NCBI GenBank assembly: GCA_964503955.1
Contig: CAZDCG010000004.1
Coordinates: 16,181 to 80,180 of the forward strand
DNA from: an uncultured Gammaproteobacteria bacterium
GTDB taxonomy: Bacteria > Patescibacteriota > Patescibacteriia > VMEV01 > CAYQCH01
Length of the DNA stretch: 64,000 bases
Direction of reading: 5' to 3'
Of the stretch, positions 47,962-55,136 are shown piece after piece. Position 1 is the stretch's first letter, and each line of letters starts with the position of its first letter. A program made the translations under genes and the position numbers. The notes beneath the pieces were generated by a model. The model had not been told where the DNA came from and made no database searches. It saw only the letters and a list, made by a program, of their open reading frames with translations.

Positions 47962-48411
47962 ATGTACAAAGCAGTCATTTTCGATTTCCTTGGAACGCTT
48001 TTCTTTGAAACTTCCTCGCTTGCTCCCGGCGCGGAGGATCTTTTACAATTCTGCAGGGAAAAAGGCTTAATGCTGGCCGCGGTTACAGCCGGGCAGTATG
48101 ATACAACCGAACTCAGCCGCCTTAAGCTTGATCAATATATTCCTCTGATCCGCATGGTTCAGACCTATGAAAGCAAGACACCAGAACTCTTTTCTGAGGT
48201 AATCAGCCAGCTTGGCGTAGAACCTAAGGAAGTGATCGGTGTGGGAGATTTGCTCCATAGAGAAATCAAATCGCTGAATCAGCTTGGAGCAACAACCATC
48301 AGCGTACACACGGAGCGGGCAGCAAGGGATGGATATGAGGAACCGCATTATAGGGCGAGGGATTTGTATGCTGTGAAGAAAATCATCCATTCTTTAATGT
48401 CTGAAAACTGA
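47962..48411 (+). CDS. HAD-superfamily hydrolase
   Basis: AVIFDFLGTL, KTPELF, VGDLLHREI...G. Confidence 0.8.
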   Translation: MYKAVIFDFLGTLFFETSSLAPGAEDLLQFCREKGLMLAAVTAGQYDTTELSRLKLDQYIPLIRMVQTYESKTPELFSEVISQLGVEPKEVIGVGDLLHREIKSLNQLGATTISVHTERAARDGYEEPHYRARDLYAVKKIIHSLMSEN

Positions 48412-48503
48412 ATCCTGATTTCTCGCTCTGGATTTGAGCCGCTTCAGAATCAGAAACGCAGGTCCAGTATTCAGAGATCAGATCTATCTTGATCAGACTA
48501 TAT

Positions 48504-49427
48504 ATGTCCATCTTCATCAATCAAGAAACACAATTCATTATCCAAGGCATCACCGGCAAGGAAGGACAACGCGCTGCTGCCTTCATGCAGGCGGCCGGAT
48601 CGCATGTGGTCGGCGGAGTGCGTCCCGGCAAAGCGGGAGAGGTGGTGGAGGGCGTGCCAGTTTTTGATACGGTGCGGGATGCTGTGGATGCATCAGGCAC
48701 GCCAAACCTTACGGCCGCGGATTTACCCTATGCGTTAGCGTCTGTTATTGTCGTGCCGCCGGCCGTGGTCAAGGCCGCCGTGGAGGAAGCGATTCTTGCG
48801 GGTGTGAAATTTGTTATCCCAATCGCGGAAGGGGTACCGGTCAGAGATATGTCGTATCTTTATGAGCTTGCTCAGCAGCACGATGCGCGTATTTTAGGAC
48901 CGAATACCGTTGGCATGATTATTCCGGGAATGTGCAAAGCAGGAGTGATCGGCGGAGCGGATAACCGCGCTTTTATGCCCGGCCCTGTCGGCATCATTTC
49001 AAAAAGCGGAGGCATGACCAGCGAAACGGCCCGGCTGCTCACGGCTGCCGGGTTCGGGCAATCAGCCTGCGTGAACATCGGCGGAGATAAGCTCATTGGT
49101 ACCGATTTCGTTGATTGTTTAAGAGCATTTGCGGATGATGAACAGACAAAGGTTGTGGTTCTGTTTGGAGAGATTGGAGGGCGCTATGAAGAAGAGGCAG
49201 CGCGGTTTATCAAAGAATCAAACTATGCAAAACCGGTGATTGCGTTTATTTCAGGAGCGTCGGCCGAGCGTTTTAAAGGGATGACATTAGGGCATGCCGG
49301 CGCGATCATTCATGGACAGCAGGGGACAAGGACCAGCAAGGTCCGCGCTTTGCAGGATGCGGGCGTGATGGTTGTTGACGTGCATCATGAGATCCTGGGG
49401 GAGGTGCGAAAAGCTCTGGATCTCTAA
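48504..49427 (+). CDS. SucD-like CoA-binding/phosphohistidine subunit (probable citryl-CoA synthetase small subunit)
   Basis: IQGITGKEG, GPNTVG, SKSGG, IGGD, GEIGG, GHAGAI. Confidence 0.85.
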   Translation: MSIFINQETQFIIQGITGKEGQRAAAFMQAAGSHVVGGVRPGKAGEVVEGVPVFDTVRDAVDASGTPNLTAADLPYALASVIVVPPAVVKAAVEEAILAGVKFVIPIAEGVPVRDMSYLYELAQQHDARILGPNTVGMIIPGMCKAGVIGGADNRAFMPGPVGIISKSGGMTSETARLLTAAGFGQSACVNIGGDKLIGTDFVDCLRAFADDEQTKVVVLFGEIGGRYEEEAARFIKESNYAKPVIAFISGASAERFKGMTLGHAGAIIHGQQGTRTSKVRALQDAGVMVVDVHHEILGEVRKALDL

Positions 49428-49496
49428 ACTCTGGAGATCTAGAATCTGGATCTCTAGATCAAAGAGATCAAGAGTAACTGAAAACACCAGGTCCCC

Positions 49497-49904
49497 CTAG
49501 GCCTGGTGCTCTTTGTCTTCACGCAGCAGGGCGCAAAGATGCATAAGAAATTGTCCCTCCAAATCCGTGTGGAGTTCGCCGAACGAATGCTGTGCGAAAC
49601 GCATTGAATAGTAGAGCGTTTCAGCCCGAGCCCCTTTCAGAAGCTCGATGAGCTCGTGGCGGTCGCGCCGCTTCCAAATGAGTCTTGCAAATTGCAGGAT
49701 CTCGTCCACGACGCCGGCGGGGTACGGATTGCCGATAACGAAGTTGACCCAGAATCTGAGAAACCGCTTCTGCCGCTCGTATGGCAGGATTCTAAGCAGG
49801 GCAATGCTGGTATCAATGAGACGGATCAGATTATGCCGGTCTCGGCATTGCCACATGTCCACAAGGACCCGATACGATTGCTTCTCCTTGTCGCAACTTG
49901 ACAC
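49497..49904 (-). CDS. Hypothetical protein (135 aa), SD-led orphan
   Basis: AAGGAGGGG before GTG; internal repeat WQCRDRHNLIRLI / WKRRDRHELIELL. Confidence 0.6.
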   Translation of the reverse strand: MSSCDKEKQSYRVLVDMWQCRDRHNLIRLIDTSIALLRILPYERQKRFLRFWVNFVIGNPYPAGVVDEILQFARLIWKRRDRHELIELLKGARAETLYYSMRFAQHSFGELHTDLEGQFLMHLCALLREDKEHQA

Positions 49905-49974
49905 GCCCCCTCCTTGGTGGAAAGCTTGATGAGATAAACCTATTGTTCACAAAGCTATACGATTTGTCAAAACT

Positions 49975-50646
49975 ATGGAACAACCAACCATTCGTGAAAA
50001 GCTGATCGAGGACATCCTCTCTGAAATGAGCTTTGCGCAAGCCCTTTATTTCACCTGGACCGGCCGAAAGCCAAATACGGCACAGAACGAGCTTCTGGAA
50101 GCGATCTTTATTGTATTGCTTGATCATGGCTCGGAGGCGCTTTCCACAAAAACAGCCCGCCTGGCCGCCTCCGGAGGGGCAGCATTTCACGCAGCACTTG
50201 CGGCCGGTCTGATAGCGGCGGGCAAGCATCATGGTTCAATTCCTTTGCAAGAGGCAATGCGGCTTTTTCAAACAGCGGTCAGAGAAAAAACACCGGCGGA
50301 TCAACTGGTTGCAGACGTTTTGTCGGCAGGCAAGCGGTTCCCGGGCTATGGGCATCGAGTGTATGAAACCGATCCTCGCACCATGCTTTTATTAAAGAAA
50401 GCAGAAGCACTGGGCATGTGGGATAACCATGTTGAATTTGCGTTGTCCGTGGAACAGGAACTTGAAAAGCAAAAAGGCAAAAAACTTTGTTTAAATGTCG
50501 ACGGCATGGTTGGAGCATTGCTCCCAGGTCTTGGGCTGTCTGCAGAGATTGCGCCTGCTGTCTTTTTGGTCGCTCGTTCTATTGGCATGGCCATGCATAT
50601 CGCCAATGAGCAAAAAGAAAAGCCCGCGTCTTTGCGCGAAGCCTGA
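49975..50646 (+). CDS. Citryl-CoA lyase (citrate-synthase-like small protein)
   Basis: 223 aa; LDHG, STKTARLAAS, GKHHG, PGYGHRVY..DPR, LNVDG, ARSIGMAMH. Confidence 0.85.
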   Translation: MEQPTIREKLIEDILSEMSFAQALYFTWTGRKPNTAQNELLEAIFIVLLDHGSEALSTKTARLAASGGAAFHAALAAGLIAAGKHHGSIPLQEAMRLFQTAVREKTPADQLVADVLSAGKRFPGYGHRVYETDPRTMLLLKKAEALGMWDNHVEFALSVEQELEKQKGKKLCLNVDGMVGALLPGLGLSAEIAPAVFLVARSIGMAMHIANEQKEKPASLREA

Positions 50647-50677
50647 AAGGTAACCGTAAAGGGCAAGCCTCCGGTCT

Positions 50678-50899
50678 CTAGGAGATCGAAGGCCTTATCT
50701 GCCCGCGTATGCGTCTTGACGGTTTCTTCGAGGCTTTGTCATGTTCCGATGAAACGTTCTCTTTGACAAGACCGGTCATGGCCTGGATCAGAGCAACGAA
50801 TATCAGAACGATGATCTTGATGATCATGAAGACAATAGCCAGAACGATAACAACGCACAGCAGCAGATACTGGATGGCCGTACCGATATGGCCGGACAT
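50678..50899 (-). CDS. Small membrane orphan protein (73 aa)
   Basis: SD AAGGAGG; TTGCCA-N17-GATAAT; long hydrophobic segment and basic tail. Confidence 0.6.
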   Translation of the reverse strand: MSGHIGTAIQYLLLCVVIVLAIVFMIIKIIVLIFVALIQAMTGLVKENVSSEHDKASKKPSRRIRGQIRPSIS

Positions 50900-51003
50900 G
50901 CCGCCCTCCTTTCTGCCGGCATTATCACAAGAATATCCTGAATTGGCAAATGCAATTTCGGCCTAAAAAGAAGCGAGCCCAGTCGCACTATGCGACCGGG
51001 CTC

Positions 51004-51222
51004 TCAACGAATCTCCCCCAAACGGACAACCGCTCCGATGACGTAGAACACCCCCGCGGGACAGGACATCATCAGGATCGATTGCACCGGGGCATTGCGG
51101 AAGTCCGCCAGCATCCAAGCGAAAAACCCGAAGGCGCTTGAAATGACCAGCCGCAGTCCCACCTCGACCCAGTCGATCCCATCGTCGCCGGTATCCTCGT
51201 CTGCCGTCTGCTCGTTTTGCAT
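51004..51222 (-). CDS. Small two-TM orphan protein (72 aa)
   Basis: SD AAGGAGG; TTGACA upstream; terminator hairpin at ~50967-51003. Confidence 0.6.
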   Translation of the reverse strand: MQNEQTADEDTGDDGIDWVEVGLRLVISSAFGFFAWMLADFRNAPVQSILMMSCPAGVFYVIGAVVRLGEIR

Positions 51223-51319
51223 GCTCCCTCCTTGCTGGGCTCAGCTTGCCTTATGAGCAGGGGATATGTCAAACAACTGGATTTGCGGCAACTTCATTCT
51301 TTGCTTATGATAGAAACAT

Positions 51320-51874
51320 ATGTATGAAATTTCTTCTTTGATCGTGACATTTCTCAAAGAGCATCTCGGCCAGATTGCCGGCATCATCTTACTTTTTCTG
51401 TTCGGCAAACTGCTTCTGAAGAGGCTGGTGCGAAAGATCGCCAGGCTGATCGGCAATCATGGAAGTACTCCCACCAAACAAAAAAGAAAAGAGCAGCAGA
51501 TGCGCACATTCGCCCAGGTGGTGATCACCACGGGCAATGTGATGATTTACAGCGTGATCGTATTCATGATTCTTGATTTGTTCAATGTCAATCTCGGGCC
51601 TGTGTTAACCGGAGCAGGAATCATCGGCCTTGCGGTGGGTTTTGGTTCTCAAACATTGGTGAAAGACTTCGTTTCCGGGTTGTTTATTATCATGGAACAG
51701 CAATACGGTATTGGCGATGAAGTGAAAATCGGTGACGCGGAAGGCGAGGTGATAAAGATGACCATGCGTTCGACTGTGCTCAAAGACAAAGAAGGAAACC
51801 GCATTTTTTTAACGAATGGAACGATTACCAAGGTGATCAATCGTTCTCAGGGAATGGAAAAAGCCGGAAAATAA
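51320..51874 (+). CDS. Small-conductance mechanosensitive channel (short MscS family)
   Basis: GAGIIGLAVGFGSQTLVKDFVSGLFI, IGDEV, GEV..MTMRST, NG.I. Confidence 0.9.
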   Translation: MYEISSLIVTFLKEHLGQIAGIILLFLFGKLLLKRLVRKIARLIGNHGSTPTKQKRKEQQMRTFAQVVITTGNVMIYSVIVFMILDLFNVNLGPVLTGAGIIGLAVGFGSQTLVKDFVSGLFIIMEQQYGIGDEVKIGDAEGEVIKMTMRSTVLKDKEGNRIFLTNGTITKVINRSQGMEKAGK

Positions 51875-51957
51875 GGTTATCTCCGAAGATAGCTCAGCCA
51901 AGGTTGATTTTGTTCCTGTTCTGTGATCAAATATGACGTGGGCGGAAGGAGCTTACC

Positions 51958-52122
51958 ATGCTTGAGCTCATTGGCTTCACGGTTGCGGCAAGTGTCGCGC
52001 TGGGGGTTGTCTACGTCTATGACAAACCTCAGGAGACCAAGCGGCCTCCGTGGTGGCGGTCGGATGTCTGGCACCAGATGGAAAGCAAACGCAATCCATT
52101 CCATCCGAAGTATCCGCACTGA
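51958..52122 (+). CDS. Small membrane orphan protein (54 aa), not in the ORF track
   Basis: SD AAGGAG; MLELIGFTVAASVALGVVYVYDKPQETKRPPWWRSDVWHQMESKRNPFHPKYPH. Confidence 0.55.
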   Translation: MLELIGFTVAASVALGVVYVYDKPQETKRPPWWRSDVWHQMESKRNPFHPKYPH

Positions 52123-52370
52123 CAGGAGGTGCACACATGAGGAGGTTAGAAGAACCTCCATAGCGCATCGCTTCCCCGAGCAAGGGTAGTCGATGCGCTT
52201 CGCTTTCCAGGCAAGAATTGACGTGTTAGGATAGCCCCAAAAGGGGCATTTTTTGATGGGGACGAATCGCGAATCTGTACAAATGTACGGATAATCCAGT
52301 ATCTCCGTCTACATGTCTTGGCTAAATGAGATCATTGTGCCGAACAGGAGAAGGAATTGATCAGCAGTTT

Positions 52371-53063
52371 ATGAATGTAAACAACATTTTCCCTCATGCG
52401 TCTGAATCCACGAAAGAAGTGCTCGCAAATCTGCCCGCTCTTTCCTGGGCTGATATTTTCCAGCGCCACGCATCATTTAAACAAGAGGGGAAATGCCATT
52501 CCACAAGCATTATCTCTGACCGGGTTGGTATCGGCATGGGGACGGAAATCGGCCCTTTCGTGGTTATTGAAGACAATGTGCTTATCGGAAAAAATTGCGT
52601 TATTCGCGCCGGCGCGCTTATTCGTTCCAATACGATTATCGGCGATGATTGCGTGATTGGGCATGGCGCAGAGATCAAACACGCATTCATTTTTGATCAG
52701 GCAAAAATCCAGGGCAATGTTTTCGTGGGGGATTCCATTATCGGCAAAGGCGCGCGCCTTGGAACAGGCGTGGTGATCGGAAATCGCCGTTTTGATCAGC
52801 AGGAAATTTCCTGGCAAACCGAAGATGGTCTGGTGGCTTCCGGTTCAGACAAAGTCGGCGCATTGATCGGTGATTACGCGCGTTTGGGGGCCAATGTCAC
52901 CACGAATCCCGGAACGGTCATCGGGGCATTTACCTGGATCATAGGTGGACAGGCAATTGGAGGGTTCATTCCGGCCAGGACGTTCGTGAAAGGGAAGGGA
53001 GAGCTGGTGGAGAATCTTCATGCAAAAGAGCTATCGGCCGTTGACAAGAATGGACAATATTAA
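52371..53063 (+). CDS. Left-handed beta-helix acyltransferase resembling the archaeal-type GlmU C-terminal (GlcN-1-P acetyltransferase) domain
   Basis: Hexapeptide repeats; IGHGAEIK, VGDSIIG, GNRRFD, KVGALIGD, NPGTVIG. Confidence 0.8.
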   Translation: MNVNNIFPHASESTKEVLANLPALSWADIFQRHASFKQEGKCHSTSIISDRVGIGMGTEIGPFVVIEDNVLIGKNCVIRAGALIRSNTIIGDDCVIGHGAEIKHAFIFDQAKIQGNVFVGDSIIGKGARLGTGVVIGNRRFDQQEISWQTEDGLVASGSDKVGALIGDYARLGANVTTNPGTVIGAFTWIIGGQAIGGFIPARTFVKGKGELVENLHAKELSAVDKNGQY

Positions 53064-53106
53064 ACACGTCCACGTGTTCGCACATACATCTGTAAACACC
53101 TTTACG

Positions 53107-54393
53107 ATGATTACCGACCTCCACATTCATTCTAAATATGCCCGTGCCTGCTCCAAACTTCTGGATCTGGAGCATATTTTTTTCTGGTGCCAAATCAAGG
53201 GCATTGATCTGGTTGCTTGCGGCGACTTTACGCATCCTGCCTGGTTTAAGGAAATCGAAAACAAGCTGGAGCCTGAAGGAAACGGTTTTTTTCAATTACG
53301 TTCAGAGGAGACAATCGCCGTGAGCCGGTCAATCGGCTTTGCGCCGCCCTCGCCTAAACCAGTTCGTTTCCTGCTTGGGACCGAGATATCCTCAATTTAT
53401 TCACAAGGAGGCAAAGCGCGCCGCATTCATCTGCTGATTCTGTTTCCTGAATTGGCGCACGTAAAGCGATTCAATCAGGAATTAATCAGGCGGGGTGCGA
53501 ATTTGCACGCAGACGGGCGTCCGATTCTTGGCCTGTCAGCCCAGGAAATTGCATCAATTTGCCTGGACATTTCAGATCGGGCTCTGCTTATCCCCGCGCA
53601 TGCCTGGACCCCCTGGTACGCGATATTCGGATCCAAATCCGGCTTTGATTCCGTTGAAGAATGCTTTGGCGAATACGCTCAATTCATTTATGCCTTTGAA
53701 ACCGGATTGTCTTCCGATCCAAAAATGAATTGGATGCTTTCTCAAAATGACCGCTATGCCGTTGTATCAAATTCCGATGCGCATAGCCTGGACAATTTAG
53801 GACGGGAAGCCAATGTTTTTTCGTTTCCTGAAATGACTTATGACCAACTTGTTTCCGCTATCAAGGACAAGGATCCCCAGCGGTTTTTATTTACGATCGA
53901 GTTTTACCCCGAAGAAGGGAAATACCACTTGGACGGGCATCGAATATGTGGCTTTTCCTGCATGCCCGAGGAAACAAAAAAACTCAATGGACGCTGTCCA
54001 AAATGCGGCAGGCTGCTGACGGTTGGCGTGCATCATCGCATCTCCGAATTGGCGGACCATCCATTCGGCCGCGAGCCCAAACAAAAGATTCCGTATAAAA
54101 GCATTGTTCCTTTGCAGGAAATGATTGCAGATATGCTTGCCGTGGGAAAGAAAACCAAGAAAGTTCAGCAGTTGTACCAAAAAGCGATCACCCGGCTCGG
54201 AAATGAATTTCACATTTTGCTTGAAAACGAGATGGAAGAGATTGCACAAGTTGATTCTTTGCTTGCCGAAGGTGTTCGTCGCATGAGATCAGGAGAAGTG
54301 CATATAAAACCGGGATATGACGGTGAATATGGAACGATGAAAATTTTTGATGAAAAAGAGCCTGCTCAAGAGAAGCAGGGGAGTTTGATTTGA
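53107..54393 (+). CDS. Endonuclease Q family (PHP-domain) protein
   Basis: DLHIHSKYARACS, GDFTHP, PAHAWTPW, ETGLSSD, SNSDAHS, GKYHLDGHR.C, CPKCG, PGYDGEYG. Confidence 0.9.
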   Translation: MITDLHIHSKYARACSKLLDLEHIFFWCQIKGIDLVACGDFTHPAWFKEIENKLEPEGNGFFQLRSEETIAVSRSIGFAPPSPKPVRFLLGTEISSIYSQGGKARRIHLLILFPELAHVKRFNQELIRRGANLHADGRPILGLSAQEIASICLDISDRALLIPAHAWTPWYAIFGSKSGFDSVEECFGEYAQFIYAFETGLSSDPKMNWMLSQNDRYAVVSNSDAHSLDNLGREANVFSFPEMTYDQLVSAIKDKDPQRFLFTIEFYPEEGKYHLDGHRICGFSCMPEETKKLNGRCPKCGRLLTVGVHHRISELADHPFGREPKQKIPYKSIVPLQEMIADMLAVGKKTKKVQQLYQKAITRLGNEFHILLENEMEEIAQVDSLLAEGVRRMRSGEVHIKPGYDGEYGTMKIFDEKEPAQEKQGSLI

Positions 54394-54524
54394 GTCCGAA
54401 GAAGAAAAGCTCGCGAAACGCCCCCATGATGCAATATCTAAATTCTACGTCTACATCTATATCTAAGCCACAATTGGCAGTCAGATCGGCAGATCCAGAA
54501 GGAGATGTAGACAGTAGATGGTTA

Positions 54525-54649
54525 TAAAACCGCCATATTTTGATGAAATGCGAGGAGATGACGAGAAACGCAAGTGAAGCGTACGTGAGTGTACGCTGAA
54601 TGCGTATCGGGGTCATTGACGAAGCAGATCGCGAAATATGGCGGTTTTA
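54525..54649 (-). repeat. ~120-bp dispersed structured repeat, copy 3
   Basis: 16-bp perfect IR taaaaccgccatattt; minus strand ctgcttcgt...cgtaca-ctcac-gtacg...cctcgcat. Confidence 0.6.
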
Positions 54650-54722
54650 CAATCAAAAAACCCCCACAAGCATGCAGGGATTTTTTGTATTTTTCCGACC
54701 GGAAAAAGGTCGTTAGAAGTGT

Positions 54723-54896
54723 TTACTTCTTGCGCTTCGCAGCTTTACGCTTTGCTGGCTTTTTAGCCGCTTTGCGCTTTGCTGGCTTACGCTTTGCAGC
54801 CTTACGCTTCGCTGGCTTCTTCGCCATCTTGCGCTTTGCTGGTTTACGCTTCGCAGCTTTTTTCTTTGGAGCTGCTTTTCGTTTCTTTGCTGGCAT
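54723..54896 (-). CDS. Histone H1-like Lys/Ala/Arg-rich small protein (57 aa)
   Basis: Pentapeptide repeats AKRK(P/A); SD GGAGGTG; TTGTAT-N17-TATAAT upstream; terminator at ~54655-54687. Confidence 0.75.
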   Translation of the reverse strand: MPAKKRKAAPKKKAAKRKPAKRKMAKKPAKRKAAKRKPAKRKAAKKPAKRKAAKRKK

Positions 54897-55136
54897 GTAT
54901 ATCACCTCCCTTCTTTGTCGAGTGACAAGAACTTTTTCAAAAAATGTTTTTAAAGAAGTTCTTGTCACGCTTTGTTTTTATTTTTCAACGAGTGACATAG
55001 ATATTATATGACGACTTCTTTGATCATACAACAAAAATTTGTCAAGGGAGTCAACAAAATATTGTGACAAAATTTGTTTGAGCGCCACGCAAGTTCCCTA
55101 TACGAAAAAAGAATAATCGGCTATGATGAGCGCGTT

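Noticed and set aside
46683-49427. Ordinary sucC/sucD assignment
   Set aside because: The large subunit lacks SucC NGAGLA/NFLDVGG, has ACL-type motifs, and a citryl-CoA lyase gene is nearby.
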